Positions 38,625 to 48,498 of a stretch of 64,000 nt of DNA are shown here, piece by piece. Each line of letters opens with the position of its first letter. Position 1 is the stretch's first letter. The stretch is from an uncultured Verrucomicrobiae bacterium (lineage in GTDB: Bacteria; Verrucomicrobiota; Verrucomicrobiia; Chthoniobacterales; JAFAMB01). The stretch lies in the NCBI GenBank assembly GCA_963837955.1, contig CAWIPH010000002.1:896001-960000 (forward strand), written 5' to 3'. The notes under the pieces were generated by a model. That model had not been told where the DNA came from and ran no database searches. It was given only the letters and a program-made list of their open reading frames with translations. The position numbers and the translations under genes are program-made.

Positions 38625-41600
38625 CTACGCCGCCGATCGAGAGCGCCGATTCTTGACACCTAAAACCCGGGCTAGAAACGGCGCGGTCCGACTCACCCGG
38701 TTCAGGGATACCTGTTCGGGAGTACCCGTCGCCACAATGGCGCCTCCCTCCGATCCGGCCTCGGGCCCAATGTCCACGATGTAATCGGCTTCGGCGATTA
38801 CATCTAAGTTGTGCTCGATCACCACCACGGTGTTACCCTCGTCCACCAGCCGGTGCAGTACTTCTAAAAGTAGCTGAACGTCGGCCATGTGTAGACCAAT
38901 GGTGGGCTCTTCCAATAGGTAGAGTGTTGATTTCGGTTTTCGATTTTTCCGGATTCGCTCGTGAAGGTCTCTGGCCAAGCCGGCCTTGAGCTCACTGACG
39001 AGTTTCAATCTTTGCGCTTCGCCTCCGCTCAACGTTGGGCTCGGCTGCCCAAGCTGCAGGTATCCGAGACCGGTTTCGACAAGGAGACGGAGCGGATGAT
39101 AAATCCTTGGTTGGACGCGGAAGAATTCAGCAGCTTCCTCGATCGTCATCTCCAGAATGTCGCCGATACTTCGCCCATTAAATTGAATGGCCAGAGTCTG
39201 CCCATTGAACCGTTTTCCCCGGCAGCTATCACACAGCACGTAACTCGTAGGGAGAAAATTCATCTCGAGTTTCACCAACCCCTGTCCAGCACAGACTTCG
39301 CACCTGCCGCCCTCCGTATTGAACGAAAAACGGCTCGCGTCGTATCCGCGGATACGCGACTCGGGCAACTGAGCGAATTGCTTCCGGATGTCATCGAATA
39401 TCTTTACATAGGTCGCCGGAATCGAACGTGAGGTTTTGCCGATCGGTGATTGGTCGACTTCATAGACGGCCGACAGGAACTCTGTGCCGGTAATCTTTTT
39501 CCAGTCACCCGATCCATTCGTCTTTTTTCGTGCCCACGACTGCTGGACAGCCGGCAGCAAAACGGATCGCATCAAGGTGCTTTTCCCTGACCCGGATACC
39601 CCAGTGATTGCGGTGAGGCGCCCTATGGGAAATGAAACGTCTATATCTTTGAGGTTATTTGCGCGGGCTCCCTTGATCTCGATCCAAGGGACGTGGACGA
39701 TCGGCCGGCGAGTTCTCGATGGATGCGGCATGGGAGTACGGAGGAACCGCCCGGTTACAGAATCGCCGTGGCGTTGTAGTTCCTCGATCGGACCGCAAGC
39801 GATCACATTGCCGCCATGCCGTCCGGCTCCCGGCCCGAGATCGACGATCAGGTCCGCGCGGCGCATGGTATCCTCGTCATGTTCTACGACCACCAAGGTG
39901 TTCCCTTTGCGTTTGAGTGCGTCGAGGGTTTCGAGTAATCGAAGGTTATCTCTTGGATGCAAACCGATCGTCGGCTCATCCAAGACATAGAGAACGCCGC
40001 GAAGATTTGACCCGAGTTGAGCAGCCAAACGGATACGTTGAGATTCGCCGCCGCTCAAGGTATTGGCAGCTCGATTGAGTGCCAAATATTCCAGCCCAAC
40101 CCGTCGCATAAAGAAAAGCCGCTGCTTGATCTCGCTCAAAATCGTATCGGCGATCGCTTTTTGTGAGCCGGAGAATTTGAATCGGGCGAGCTTTTCCAGG
40201 GCCTGTTTCACCGAATAACCGGATAGCTCTACCAAGGTTTGGCCGCGGACTCGGACTGCGCGGGCCACTTCATTCAAACGTGAGCCGTTGCATTTTAAGC
40301 AGGGTTGCTTCTCTGCTTCCTCGACCCAATCACTCCGCCGCTCGGCGCTGAGCTCTGCTTCTAGTACCGATTCGGCTCGCGAATCCTCGTCGGAAAATGG
40401 CAGGATGTAACCGAATCCATGACAATGGTCGCACCAGCCGTGCGGCGAATTGAAAGAGAAGAGTCGCGGATCCAATTCCTCGAACGCGGTACCACAAGAG
40501 GGGCAGGTCATTTCACTGCTCAAAACAGTCCGCGCGCCTTTCTTGGTCGCCAAGAAAGCTGATCCGTTTCCGACCCGTAGAGCGGTCTGAACCAATTGGG
40601 CGATTTGCGGTGCGTCAGTTTTCCGTAAATCGCCAATCACCACCTCAATGGAATGCTCCCGGAATCGTTCGAGTTTTGGGAAATCAGCAACGGCATATCG
40701 TTGCTGGTCAACGATCAGGTGCGCGTAACCTTCTCGACCCGCCCACGCTGCTACTTCCTTATGAAAGCCCTTTCTTGCTTTCACGATTGGAGCCAACAGA
40801 GAAACTGGACCCTGTTCCAGACGCTCCTTTACTTGCTTGCTAATGGCCGATTGACTTTGTTTGGTTACTGCCACGTCACATTTCGGGCAGTATTGGGTGC
40901 CGAGCTTGGCAAACAGGAGACGAAGGAAGTGGTAAACTTCCGTGACCGTGGCGACGGTGGATTTCCCTCCGCCCGAGGTTAACCGCTGCTCTATCGCCAC
41001 GCTGGGTGGCAATCCCTCCACATGATCGACATCCGGCCGTTCCATCTGCTCGACGAACTGTCGGGCGTAGGTCGACATGCTATCGAGAAAACGGCGTTGG
41101 CCCTCCGCAAAGAGAATATCGAAGGCGAGACTCGACTTACCGGAGCCGCTGAGCCCTGTGATCACAATAATTTGTTCGTGGGGCAGCTCAATCGACAAGT
41201 TCTTTAGATTGTGATGTCGGGCTCCGACTACCGATATTCCTTGCTGCGGGATGATCGCTCGCTTTTCGGCAATTCTGCTTGGGGCTGCGCCTTGCGGACG
41301 CTCGGCCAATCGTTCGCCCAAAAACGCGCCGGTATGGGAGCCTTTGACTTGGGCCACCTGTTCTGGTGTACCCTCCGCTACGAGTTCGCCTCCGTTTACC
41401 CCCGCCTCCGGACCCAGATCGATCACGTAATCGGCCGCCTGGATGACTTCAAGATTATGTTCGATCACCAGCACGCTGTTGCCGCGTTCGACCAATTGGT
41501 TGAAGACGGCGAGAAGGGGCGGAATGTCATCGAAGTGCAATCCGGAGGTCGGTTCATCGAAAATCAAGAGCGCTTGTCGCTCGCCTCGATTGTTCTCGGT

Positions 41601-44150
41601 CAGATGTCCAACCAGTTTCAGTCGTTGCGATTCACCTCCCGACAGAACATTCACCGGCTGTCCAAGTCGAAGGTAACCAAGCCCGACCTCGCTGAGCAGA
41701 GCAAGCGGTGGCAGCATTTTAGCCGGAGCATCTGCAGCGGTGGACAGGAAGGTAATCGCCTCGGTTACCGTCATCTCCAGAAAATCGTGGATCGACTTGC
41801 CACCCACCTTTATCTCAAGCACATGAGGTTGGTAACGTTTGCCTTCGCAGTCAGCGCAGCGGATGAATTGGTCGCTGAGAAACTGCATCTCGACCTTTTC
41901 GTACCCCAAACCACCACATCGTTCGCAACGTCCAGAGCCCGAGTTAAAGGAAAAGGCGCCGGTGGTTAGTCCGGCCGCTTTGGCGCTTGGTTGAGAGGCG
42001 AAAAGCTCACGGATTTGATCAAACACGCCAACATACACCGCCGGGGTCGAACGTGGTGTCCGCGCAAGCGGCGATTGATCGACCAAGACGACATCATCGA
42101 CGAGGTGTCCACCGATCAGGCGCGCGCAAATTCCCGGTGCTTCCTGGCCCGATCTGCCTTTCAACGTGAGCAAGTTTCGGTAGAGGACCTGTTGGACGAG
42201 CGTGCTCTTGCCGGAGCCGGAAACACCGGTCACACAACAAAAAACGCTCAGCGGGAACCGAACCGATAAATCTTTTAGATTATGCTCTGCTGCACCGACT
42301 ACTTCGATGAACCGCTTCGGTGTGCGACGCTTCTTCGGCGTTGCGATCTTTTTTCTCCCGGTGAGATAGGCGGCGGTCAACGAATCGGGCGAAGCGCTCT
42401 CGATGCGCTCGAGCGGTCCTTGAAAGACCAATTGCCCTCCGCGTTCACCCCGACCTGGTCCGATCTCGATTAAAGAGTCTGCGGCTCGAATCACGGCCTC
42501 CTCGTGTTCGACTACGAGCAGAGTATTTCCTTTGTCTCGCAGCCCGTGCAGCACTGCGACCAACCGGTCGATATCGCGCGAATGAAGACCAACGCTTGGC
42601 TCGTCCAGTACGAACAACGTGCTTACTAGCGATGCCCCCAGGCAGGTAGTCAGGTTCACGCGCTGCAGCTCGCCACCGGACAGGGAGCGAGATGGCCGAT
42701 CGAGCGTGAGGTATCCAAGCCCCACATCTACCAGATAACGCAGACGCGAGACGATCTGGGTCCGGAGCAGCTCGGTGGTGCTGTCGCCCGGGCCTATCTT
42801 TACGGCGATCAGCTTGTTGATCAGTTCGTCCAGCGGCAGCTGCTGAAGCCCCGGCAACGTGAATTGCTCGCTCCCGGTCAAAAGACGAAAGTTAAGCGTT
42901 TCCGGTTTGAATCGAGTACCGTTGCAGGCCGGGCACAACGTATATGTCCGGTAGCGGCTGAGGAACACTCGGACATGCATTTTGTAGGTCCGGGATTCCA
43001 TCCAATTGAAAAATCCACGGAGACCGTACCAGCCGCCATTCTCCCATATTTCTTCAGCCGATTTATTTGGACTGATCTCTCCTTCGATGACCCAGCGTTG
43101 ATCGGCTTCCACGAGATCTTGAAAAGGGGTGTGAATATCGATCTCGCGCTGGAGGGCGTTTCGAATGAGATCCCGCTGGCAGTCCTGCATCTGAGCAGTC
43201 TGGAACGGCTTAATCACTCCGCCTGCCAAGCTCAACCGGCGATCCGGGATAGCCCGGTTGAGATCGATCCCGATCGTCCGACCAAAGCCGCGACAATCTG
43301 GGCAGGCACCGACTGGATTATTGAAAGAGAACAGACCGGGAGACGGCGGCCGGATGTCGCTGTCACAATAGGGACAATGCCAACCGGTCGAATATTTATG
43401 CTCTACGCCGGAATCCACCTCAACGATCGTCAGCTGCCCTTTGCCGTACCGGAGAGCTTGTTCCACGGCTTCGGTGAGACGGGCTAAGGCGTTAGAGGTA
43501 TTCAGGCTCAATCGATCCTGGATCACCGAGACCAGCGCCGGCAGTCGGTCGATGGTTGTGGGCGCGTCGGTTCGGATGGTCTCTCGGTTCAGCCAAATAC
43601 GGAGAAAGCCTTGGGTATGAAGGAATTGAAGGAAGTCCGCGGGCGGGGTGCCCGCGGGAACCGGTACTCCAAAACAGACCAACGCGCGCTTTCCCTGAAG
43701 CGTTTCGGTCGTCTTCTCCGCGATCCCTTGGGCGGATTCACAAATGATTTCCCGATGACATTCCGGACAGAACGCGCGTGCGACCCGCGGCATGAACAAT
43801 TTCAAATAGTCATTTATCTCGGTCATTGTTCCGACCGTTGAGCGGGTGGTGCGGACACGATTCGCTTGCTCAATCGCGATCGCTGGCGGGATCCCGCGGA
43901 TCTCGTCGACCTGCGGCTTATCCATCCGCTCGAGAAATTGGCGGGTGTAAGGACTGAACGTTTCCACGTAACGGCGTTGTCCTTCCGCATAAATCGTGTC
44001 GAACGCCAGGCTCGACTTCCCGCTGCCGCTCGGTCCAGTAACGACGTGCAGCTTATTGAGCTCGAGGTCCAAGTCGATGCCCTTCAGATTATTCTGGCGC
44101 GCGCCGCGAATCACGATCGCGCGCGGATCTGAAGGGACGATTTTCGACAT
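38625..44150 (-). CDS. uvrA: Excinuclease ABC subunit A, tandem-fused double-length form (1841 aa)
   Basis: Four Walker A motifs (GPSGSGKS, GVSGSGKS, GLSGSGKS, GVSGSGKS), four LSGGE signatures and multiple CxxC fingers. Confidence 0.97.
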   Translation of the reverse strand: MSKIVPSDPRAIVIRGARQNNLKGIDLDLELNKLHVVTGPSGSGKSSLAFDTIYAEGQRRYVETFSPYTRQFLERMDKPQVDEIRGIPPAIAIEQANRVRTTRSTVGTMTEINDYLKLFMPRVARAFCPECHREIICESAQGIAEKTTETLQGKRALVCFGVPVPAGTPPADFLQFLHTQGFLRIWLNRETIRTDAPTTIDRLPALVSVIQDRLSLNTSNALARLTEAVEQALRYGKGQLTIVEVDSGVEHKYSTGWHCPYCDSDIRPPSPGLFSFNNPVGACPDCRGFGRTIGIDLNRAIPDRRLSLAGGVIKPFQTAQMQDCQRDLIRNALQREIDIHTPFQDLVEADQRWVIEGEISPNKSAEEIWENGGWYGLRGFFNWMESRTYKMHVRVFLSRYRTYTLCPACNGTRFKPETLNFRLLTGSEQFTLPGLQQLPLDELINKLIAVKIGPGDSTTELLRTQIVSRLRYLVDVGLGYLTLDRPSRSLSGGELQRVNLTTCLGASLVSTLFVLDEPSVGLHSRDIDRLVAVLHGLRDKGNTLLVVEHEEAVIRAADSLIEIGPGRGERGGQLVFQGPLERIESASPDSLTAAYLTGRKKIATPKKRRTPKRFIEVVGAAEHNLKDLSVRFPLSVFCCVTGVSGSGKSTLVQQVLYRNLLTLKGRSGQEAPGICARLIGGHLVDDVVLVDQSPLARTPRSTPAVYVGVFDQIRELFASQPSAKAAGLTTGAFSFNSGSGRCERCGGLGYEKVEMQFLSDQFIRCADCEGKRYQPHVLEIKVGGKSIHDFLEMTVTEAITFLSTAADAPAKMLPPLALLSEVGLGYLRLGQPVNVLSGGESQRLKLVGHLTENNRGERQALLIFDEPTSGLHFDDIPPLLAVFNQLVERGNSVLVIEHNLEVIQAADYVIDLGPEAGVNGGELVAEGTPEQVAQVKGSHTGAFLGERLAERPQGAAPSRIAEKRAIIPQQGISVVGARHHNLKNLSIELPHEQIIVITGLSGSGKSSLAFDILFAEGQRRFLDSMSTYARQFVEQMERPDVDHVEGLPPSVAIEQRLTSGGGKSTVATVTEVYHFLRLLFAKLGTQYCPKCDVAVTKQSQSAISKQVKERLEQGPVSLLAPIVKARKGFHKEVAAWAGREGYAHLIVDQQRYAVADFPKLERFREHSIEVVIGDLRKTDAPQIAQLVQTALRVGNGSAFLATKKGARTVLSSEMTCPSCGTAFEELDPRLFSFNSPHGWCDHCHGFGYILPFSDEDSRAESVLEAELSAERRSDWVEEAEKQPCLKCNGSRLNEVARAVRVRGQTLVELSGYSVKQALEKLARFKFSGSQKAIADTILSEIKQRLFFMRRVGLEYLALNRAANTLSGGESQRIRLAAQLGSNLRGVLYVLDEPTIGLHPRDNLRLLETLDALKRKGNTLVVVEHDEDTMRRADLIVDLGPGAGRHGGNVIACGPIEELQRHGDSVTGRFLRTPMPHPSRTRRPIVHVPWIEIKGARANNLKDIDVSFPIGRLTAITGVSGSGKSTLMRSVLLPAVQQSWARKKTNGSGDWKKITGTEFLSAVYEVDQSPIGKTSRSIPATYVKIFDDIRKQFAQLPESRIRGYDASRFSFNTEGGRCEVCAGQGLVKLEMNFLPTSYVLCDSCRGKRFNGQTLAIQFNGRSIGDILEMTIEEAAEFFRVQPRIYHPLRLLVETGLGYLQLGQPSPTLSGGEAQRLKLVSELKAGLARDLHERIRKNRKPKSTLYLLEEPTIGLHMADVQLLLEVLHRLVDEGNTVVVIEHNLDVIAEADYIVDIGPEAGSEGGAIVATGTPEQVSLNRVSRTAPFLARVLGVKNRRSRSAA

Positions 44151-44330
44151 AAGACGCGGAATCTAGTACGGCCGACGAACGGTTGCTAGTGCAGCCTCAA
44201 ATTCGGCAGGGGATTGGCTCCCGCCGGTCCGTTCTGATCAACCTAGACCTTCCTACTGACAACGCTATGTCAGCAGCGTAGACGAATCTTAGGCATCTGG
44301 ATAACCTGTGGCGATCCGGATCCCCCTGAA

Positions 44331-44700
44331 GGGTAGGGCGAAACCCGACTTCGCCCATTTGCGCGCCGTAGGCCTGGCGAAGGCGGACGCGCCGCTGAGC
44401 GCAAAGCGAGGTAAGGCGTGTGAGCCGAACCGTGGACGGCGCAAGACTCGCAGTCCCGCGGCCGCGCATACGGGTCAACCGCGCATACGGGTCAACTTAA
44501 GAATGGTTTGCCTGCTCCATCGCCGGGAGGGCGCGCGTCCCCGCGCTCCGAGAAAACGATCTCTAACCTGGGGGAGGCAATTTAACCCTTGGTATACAAA
44601 CGCGCTTGGGTCCGGCCACAAGGGATCGCGGGGACGCGATCCCTCCCCGTGTTGGGTCTCGCGGCCGCGTCGCGGGCCGCGGGACTGTATCGCCCTACCC
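44331..44700. repeat. REPIN-like palindromic element (same GGTAGGGCGA family)
   Basis: GGGTAGGGCGA ... TCGCCCTACCC termini; inner CAGTCCCGCGGCC/GGCCGCGGGACTG and GGGAGGG..CGCGTCCCCGCG/CGCGGGGACGCG..CCCTCCC arms; 17-bp direct repeat CCGCGCATACGGGTCAA twice. Confidence 0.75.
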
Positions 44701-44786
44701 GCGCAGGGGTCGTGTTTCGTTTGGTGGAGTGATGCTATTCGATCGCAGAGTTGACATCATTCTGACATCGCTGGAATATTTACATC

Positions 44787-45056
44787 ATGGTGCGTACCCA
44801 AATCCAATTGCCCGACGAATTGTATGCCAAAGCTAAACGGGTAGCCGAGCAGCGCGAAATCTCGCTGGCTGAACTGATTCGACGCGGACTGGAAACCCTA
44901 TTTACCCTCTATCCTGTCGCCGATGAGATTTCGCCCGACTGGAAACCACCGAAGCCCCGGCGGCTGGGATGTCGCCCTTTAACTGCTGAACAATTGCGCG
45001 ACGCCGCCCGCGACGTAGCGGAACTCCCGGATTGGGTTCGTGCCGATCGAAGATGA
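44787..45056 (+). CDS. Ribbon-helix-helix (CopG-like) antitoxin
   Basis: MVRTQIQLPDELYAKAKRVAEQREISLAELIRRGLE; ATGA overlap with the PIN gene. Confidence 0.85.
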   Translation: MVRTQIQLPDELYAKAKRVAEQREISLAELIRRGLETLFTLYPVADEISPDWKPPKPRRLGCRPLTAEQLRDAARDVAELPDWVRADRR

Positions 45057-45496
45057 TTTCCCTGGACACAAATCTGTTATTCTTTGCGTTTGCGGAGGAT
45101 CGCCCGGAGCATCGATCGGCTGACGCCTTTGTGGGATCGTTACACTCGCAAAAAGAGGTATTGATTAGCGAAATGGTCCTCGTGGAGTTCTATCGTCTCG
45201 TTCGGAACCCGGCAGTAGTCTCGAATCCGCTGTCGGCGGCCGAGGCCGTCAAAGTTGTCCAGATCTGGCGACGGCACCCGCGCTGGCAGATCGTAGGATT
45301 TCCACCGGAAAGTCGCAGACTTCATGACGAACTCTGGAAGCACGCTGCCCATGGCACTTTCGCCTATCGCCGCATCTACGACGCACGACTTGCAATAACC
45401 CTACTCCACCTTGGAGTCACCGATTTTGCGACGGCAAACGTCAAGGACTTCCAGGGTTTCGGGTTCAAGCGCGTGTGGAATCCACTCGATGATTGA
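45053..45496 (+). CDS. PIN-domain (VapC-like) ribonuclease toxin
   Basis: MISLDTNLL, VLVEFY, IYDARLA and TANVKDF acidic catalytic set. Confidence 0.9.
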   Translation: MISLDTNLLFFAFAEDRPEHRSADAFVGSLHSQKEVLISEMVLVEFYRLVRNPAVVSNPLSAAEAVKVVQIWRRHPRWQIVGFPPESRRLHDELWKHAAHGTFAYRRIYDARLAITLLHLGVTDFATANVKDFQGFGFKRVWNPLDD

Positions 45497-45558
45497 TTGC
45501 GACCTGCGGTTGAATCCGGGGGTTGGACTGGTATCTTTCTTTTGGAAGCCTTAATCCG

Positions 45559-45882
45559 ATGCCGAAAAGCTCGTCACGTCATCAGACCGACTATTGGATG
45601 GATCACTGTGCCTGGTGCCGGTCTGAGATCGGAGAGGAAGACGAACGCATCGCGGTCAAAATGCGGTTTCGAGACCAAAAGGACTATGGGAAGAATGAGG
45701 GGAAAGTAATCCAGTTCGAATTGTCTGAGGCGCCGCATTCCGTGGCTGCGCTAGTCGTTACGCGCGACTCCCCCGCAAAAAAGGAGGGAAAGGATGTCCT
45801 CTTTCAGGTGTGCAGTGATTCGTGCAGAACCGAATTAACGGAAGCAATAAAGCGTGAATGGGCACATATCGATGCGGATTAA
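45559..45882 (+). CDS. Hypothetical small Cys-containing (possible Zn-binding) protein
   Basis: CAWC near the N-terminus and CSDSC near the C-terminus; plausible composition; start uncertain. Confidence 0.6.
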   Translation: MPKSSSRHQTDYWMDHCAWCRSEIGEEDERIAVKMRFRDQKDYGKNEGKVIQFELSEAPHSVAALVVTRDSPAKKEGKDVLFQVCSDSCRTELTEAIKREWAHIDAD

Positions 45883-46021
45883 TAGCCATCTGGATGGGCA
45901 CATCTCCGGTTGGCCAGTCTCTGGGCTGAATCGCCCTTATTGAATTAATGAATTAATCGACTGAGAGATGAAGCGCGTTTTTGCGAGTCGGCCGGTCCTG
46001 GTACCATTGATGACGCCTGCG

Positions 46022-46250
46022 CTAAGGACGGTAGCTTATCGGTTTCAGCTTTCCGGAGAGATAGAGTGGGTGGCTAGGCGAACCGTTCTTATTAGCGGAA
46101 AGACATTTCAGGTTCCTTCGACCGAGCTGAGCTAACAGGTGGATGACTTCCTGATCCCGGTTTTGATGGCGGCCGTCGGTTCCCCAAGCAACGAAGATCG
46201 TTGGGATCCGGGCAGCAATCTGGCGCATGTAATAGTCGTTGTCTCTTCCA
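46022..46250 (-). pseudogene. DUF1643-like protein, C-terminal half only
   Basis: [29 protein letters not shown]...GSPSHPLYL, a close paralogue of 48010-48498. Confidence 0.85.
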
Positions 46251-46253
46251 GAG

Positions 46254-46430
46254 GCGATCGCGGGCGGGGATCCCGCGGATTTCGTCGACCTGCGGCTTAT
46301 CCATCCGCTCGAGAAATTGCCGGGTGTAAGGACTGAACGTCTCCACGTAACGGCGTTGTCCTTCCGCATAAATCGTGTCGAACGCCAGGCTCGACTTCCG
46401 CTGCCGCTTGGTCCAGTAACGACGTGCAGC
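46254..46430 (-). pseudogene. 177-bp duplicated fragment of uvrA (codons ~34-92)
   Basis: Aligns by eye to 43876-44052 with 5 substitutions and 2 single-base indels. Confidence 0.95.
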
Positions 46431-46595
46431 AGCGTAGACAGCGCCGGAGGATTTTTGCGCAAGTGAATCCGCTTCGTCCAACGGAGAGGGCGCACAGCAT
46501 GTCCGACAGTTTTCCCGACTTGATAGAGCTGCATCGGTCGTCCGGAGACTTCCTCGTGCCCCGGTTGATCGAGCCGACAAAGGATTGATCGCAAC

Positions 46596-47474
46596 TTAGA
46601 TCTCAGTTGTCGGGAGACGGAACAGAGTTTCGTCCTGCTTAGTCGCAAATTCGTCAGCGAGGTATTGCTCTGCTTCGGTGAGATCGAATTGGTGGATCAG
46701 GAAAAATTGGCGTTGCCGGCCTTGCTTGAGTTCTCCAATCAGAAGTGGGTCTAAAGCACGCGGTGTTGGATCTCGGAGAAGTGTGCTTTTCCATCGGTGC
46801 TGCTGGTCTACTATGAGGTAGAGGTTGTCGAAGTGGTCTTTAGCCGCGCGCGCCATTTCCCGGGCTTTTTTCGGAAGGATGCCGTCAAATTCGGCGGTGA
46901 TGACCAGTTTCTTCCATGGGCAAAGCCGGTTGAGCAGCAACTCGCTTACTATGTATGCGAGAAACGTGCCAAGGGCCCATCCTCCCGCCGGGAAGAAGAG
47001 TACGGAGGGACCAGCCAATGCAGTGGGGTGGGAGAAGAGATAAGCTAATACGGGGAAGATTCCCAGGATTGCGGAGGTTCGAATTACCTTGCGTTCGGCT
47101 TTCATTCTAGGCTCGTTGATTTTCCTTACGAAATCTTGGGTTTTCTGAAATGGAATGTACGCGGGAAGGCTGTGAGGCCGGGCGGTCGTGGAAACGGAAT
47201 CGGTTGTGATTTCGCAAGCGACTTGGTGGCTACCTTCGAGGTCGAATACGGCGAAGACCGGTAGTTCTGCGCCGGTAGCTTCGTCTCGATAGGTCTGGAG
47301 AAGACCATGTGGATTGAACTTCTGAAGGTGAAGTGGCGTTTTTGGCGCTTTCGCAAGGAGTGCTTTTCCCTGTTCGCATTCTTTTTCCAAGGCGAAGAGG
47401 TAAGGGGTCCTTTTGCCATCCACGGTGGCAGGCCGGCAATAATTCTGCCGGAGCAGGTTTAGGTTCTGGCTCAT
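46596..47474 (-). CDS. Hypothetical membrane protein
   Basis: 292-aa ORF with two central hydrophobic segments; no motif recognised. Confidence 0.65.
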   Translation of the reverse strand: MSQNLNLLRQNYCRPATVDGKRTPYLFALEKECEQGKALLAKAPKTPLHLQKFNPHGLLQTYRDEATGAELPVFAVFDLEGSHQVACEITTDSVSTTARPHSLPAYIPFQKTQDFVRKINEPRMKAERKVIRTSAILGIFPVLAYLFSHPTALAGPSVLFFPAGGWALGTFLAYIVSELLLNRLCPWKKLVITAEFDGILPKKAREMARAAKDHFDNLYLIVDQQHRWKSTLLRDPTPRALDPLLIGELKQGRQRQFFLIHQFDLTEAEQYLADEFATKQDETLFRLPTTEI

Positions 47475-47648
47475 AGGGTTTCCTGGGGTACGATTTTTTT
47501 CCCTTCAGTTCCTTGCTCTGCGAAGGGTTCTAGAAAGGGAGATTATACAGCTCTTTAATTTCGTTGAGGTCCTGGTAGCGCGCAACAGACTCTCCCCATT
47601 CAGAGCTTTTTTTTGAGACGTGCAGCGTAGCCTGACCCAGCCGGTGTC

Positions 47649-47990
47649 CTATGCCTCGTGCAATGATTCAAGGGGAAAGCATTGCCGCTCCAGGTAATCC
47701 CAGCTCCACGCGCGGCGGCTTTTCAGGAAATCGCGGAACTGGCCGATCGGTGCGGGACAAAGTTTTTCGCGACGGGCGCGAGCCATTTTCGGCTCCGGCG
47801 GCTGTCCCTCGGCTGCGCCGAGCCAATCGCGCCAGAAAACCTGGATGCTGCTCTGGTCAGTTTCGCGGACAAAGCGATCGATATCGATGGCAGTAGCGTT
47901 GATTTCCGCGACTAACGAGTGGCGGCCCCTTTTGAAAGCCTTATGGATTTCGGGGAAAAGCCGCTTGAGATCTTCATTTCCGGCTCCCAC
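47649..47990 (-). CDS. Hypothetical protein
   Basis: 113-aa ORF directly downstream of and co-oriented with DUF1643; no motif recognised. Confidence 0.35.
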   Translation of the reverse strand: MGAGNEDLKRLFPEIHKAFKRGRHSLVAEINATAIDIDRFVRETDQSSIQVFWRDWLGAAEGQPPEPKMARARREKLCPAPIGQFRDFLKSRRAWSWDYLERQCFPLESLHEA

Positions 47991-48009
47991 CAGTAGATCC
48001 GACGAGCGA

Positions 48010-48498
48010 TCAATCTGGACGAAAGCTCACCGGCTGCAACTTACCCGAGAGCCGGAGCGGATGGCTAGGTGAGCCATCTTTGTTGGAGGCAAAACATCGG
48101 AGGTCACGTCGGCCTAATTGAGCCAGCAGTTGAATGATTTCCTGATCCCGGTTTTGGTGCCGGCCATCAGTTCCCCAGGCAACAAAAATCGTTGGAATCG
48201 AGGCGGCAATCCGCCGGATCTGATCATCATTGTCGGGCCCGACTGGGTCGGCATGGCGTTTCAACGCCTTCCGGTCTGTCGACACCAAACCAAACAGATT
48301 CGTCATGTAAAGGGCGTTGAAGCCGGCTGCCCAGCTAAAGGATCGAATTCGAGTGAGAGTATTATCGAGCCCGCACTCATCTGCGATCGAAGGATTGAGC
48401 GCGATCCACATACATGGCCGTTCGGGCAACTCCGGTTCCCAGCGGTGGATCAACAGATAGCGATACTTTCGGTCCGCAGAAAAGACGCACTGGTTCAT
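48010..48498 (-). CDS. DUF1643-family protein
   Basis: FS.DRKYRYLL, WIALNPSIAD, NLF, PVGPDND, VAWG and PSHPL motifs. Confidence 0.88.
   Translation of the reverse strand: MNQCVFSADRKYRYLLIHRWEPELPERPCMWIALNPSIADECGLDNTLTRIRSFSWAAGFNALYMTNLFGLVSTDRKALKRHADPVGPDNDDQIRRIAASIPTIFVAWGTDGRHQNRDQEIIQLLAQLGRRDLRCFASNKDGSPSHPLRLSGKLQPVSFRPD

Noticed and set aside
44151..44330. SOS box upstream of uvrA
   Set aside because: No convincing TGTTC-N4-GAACA or CTGT-N8-ACAG match by eye.
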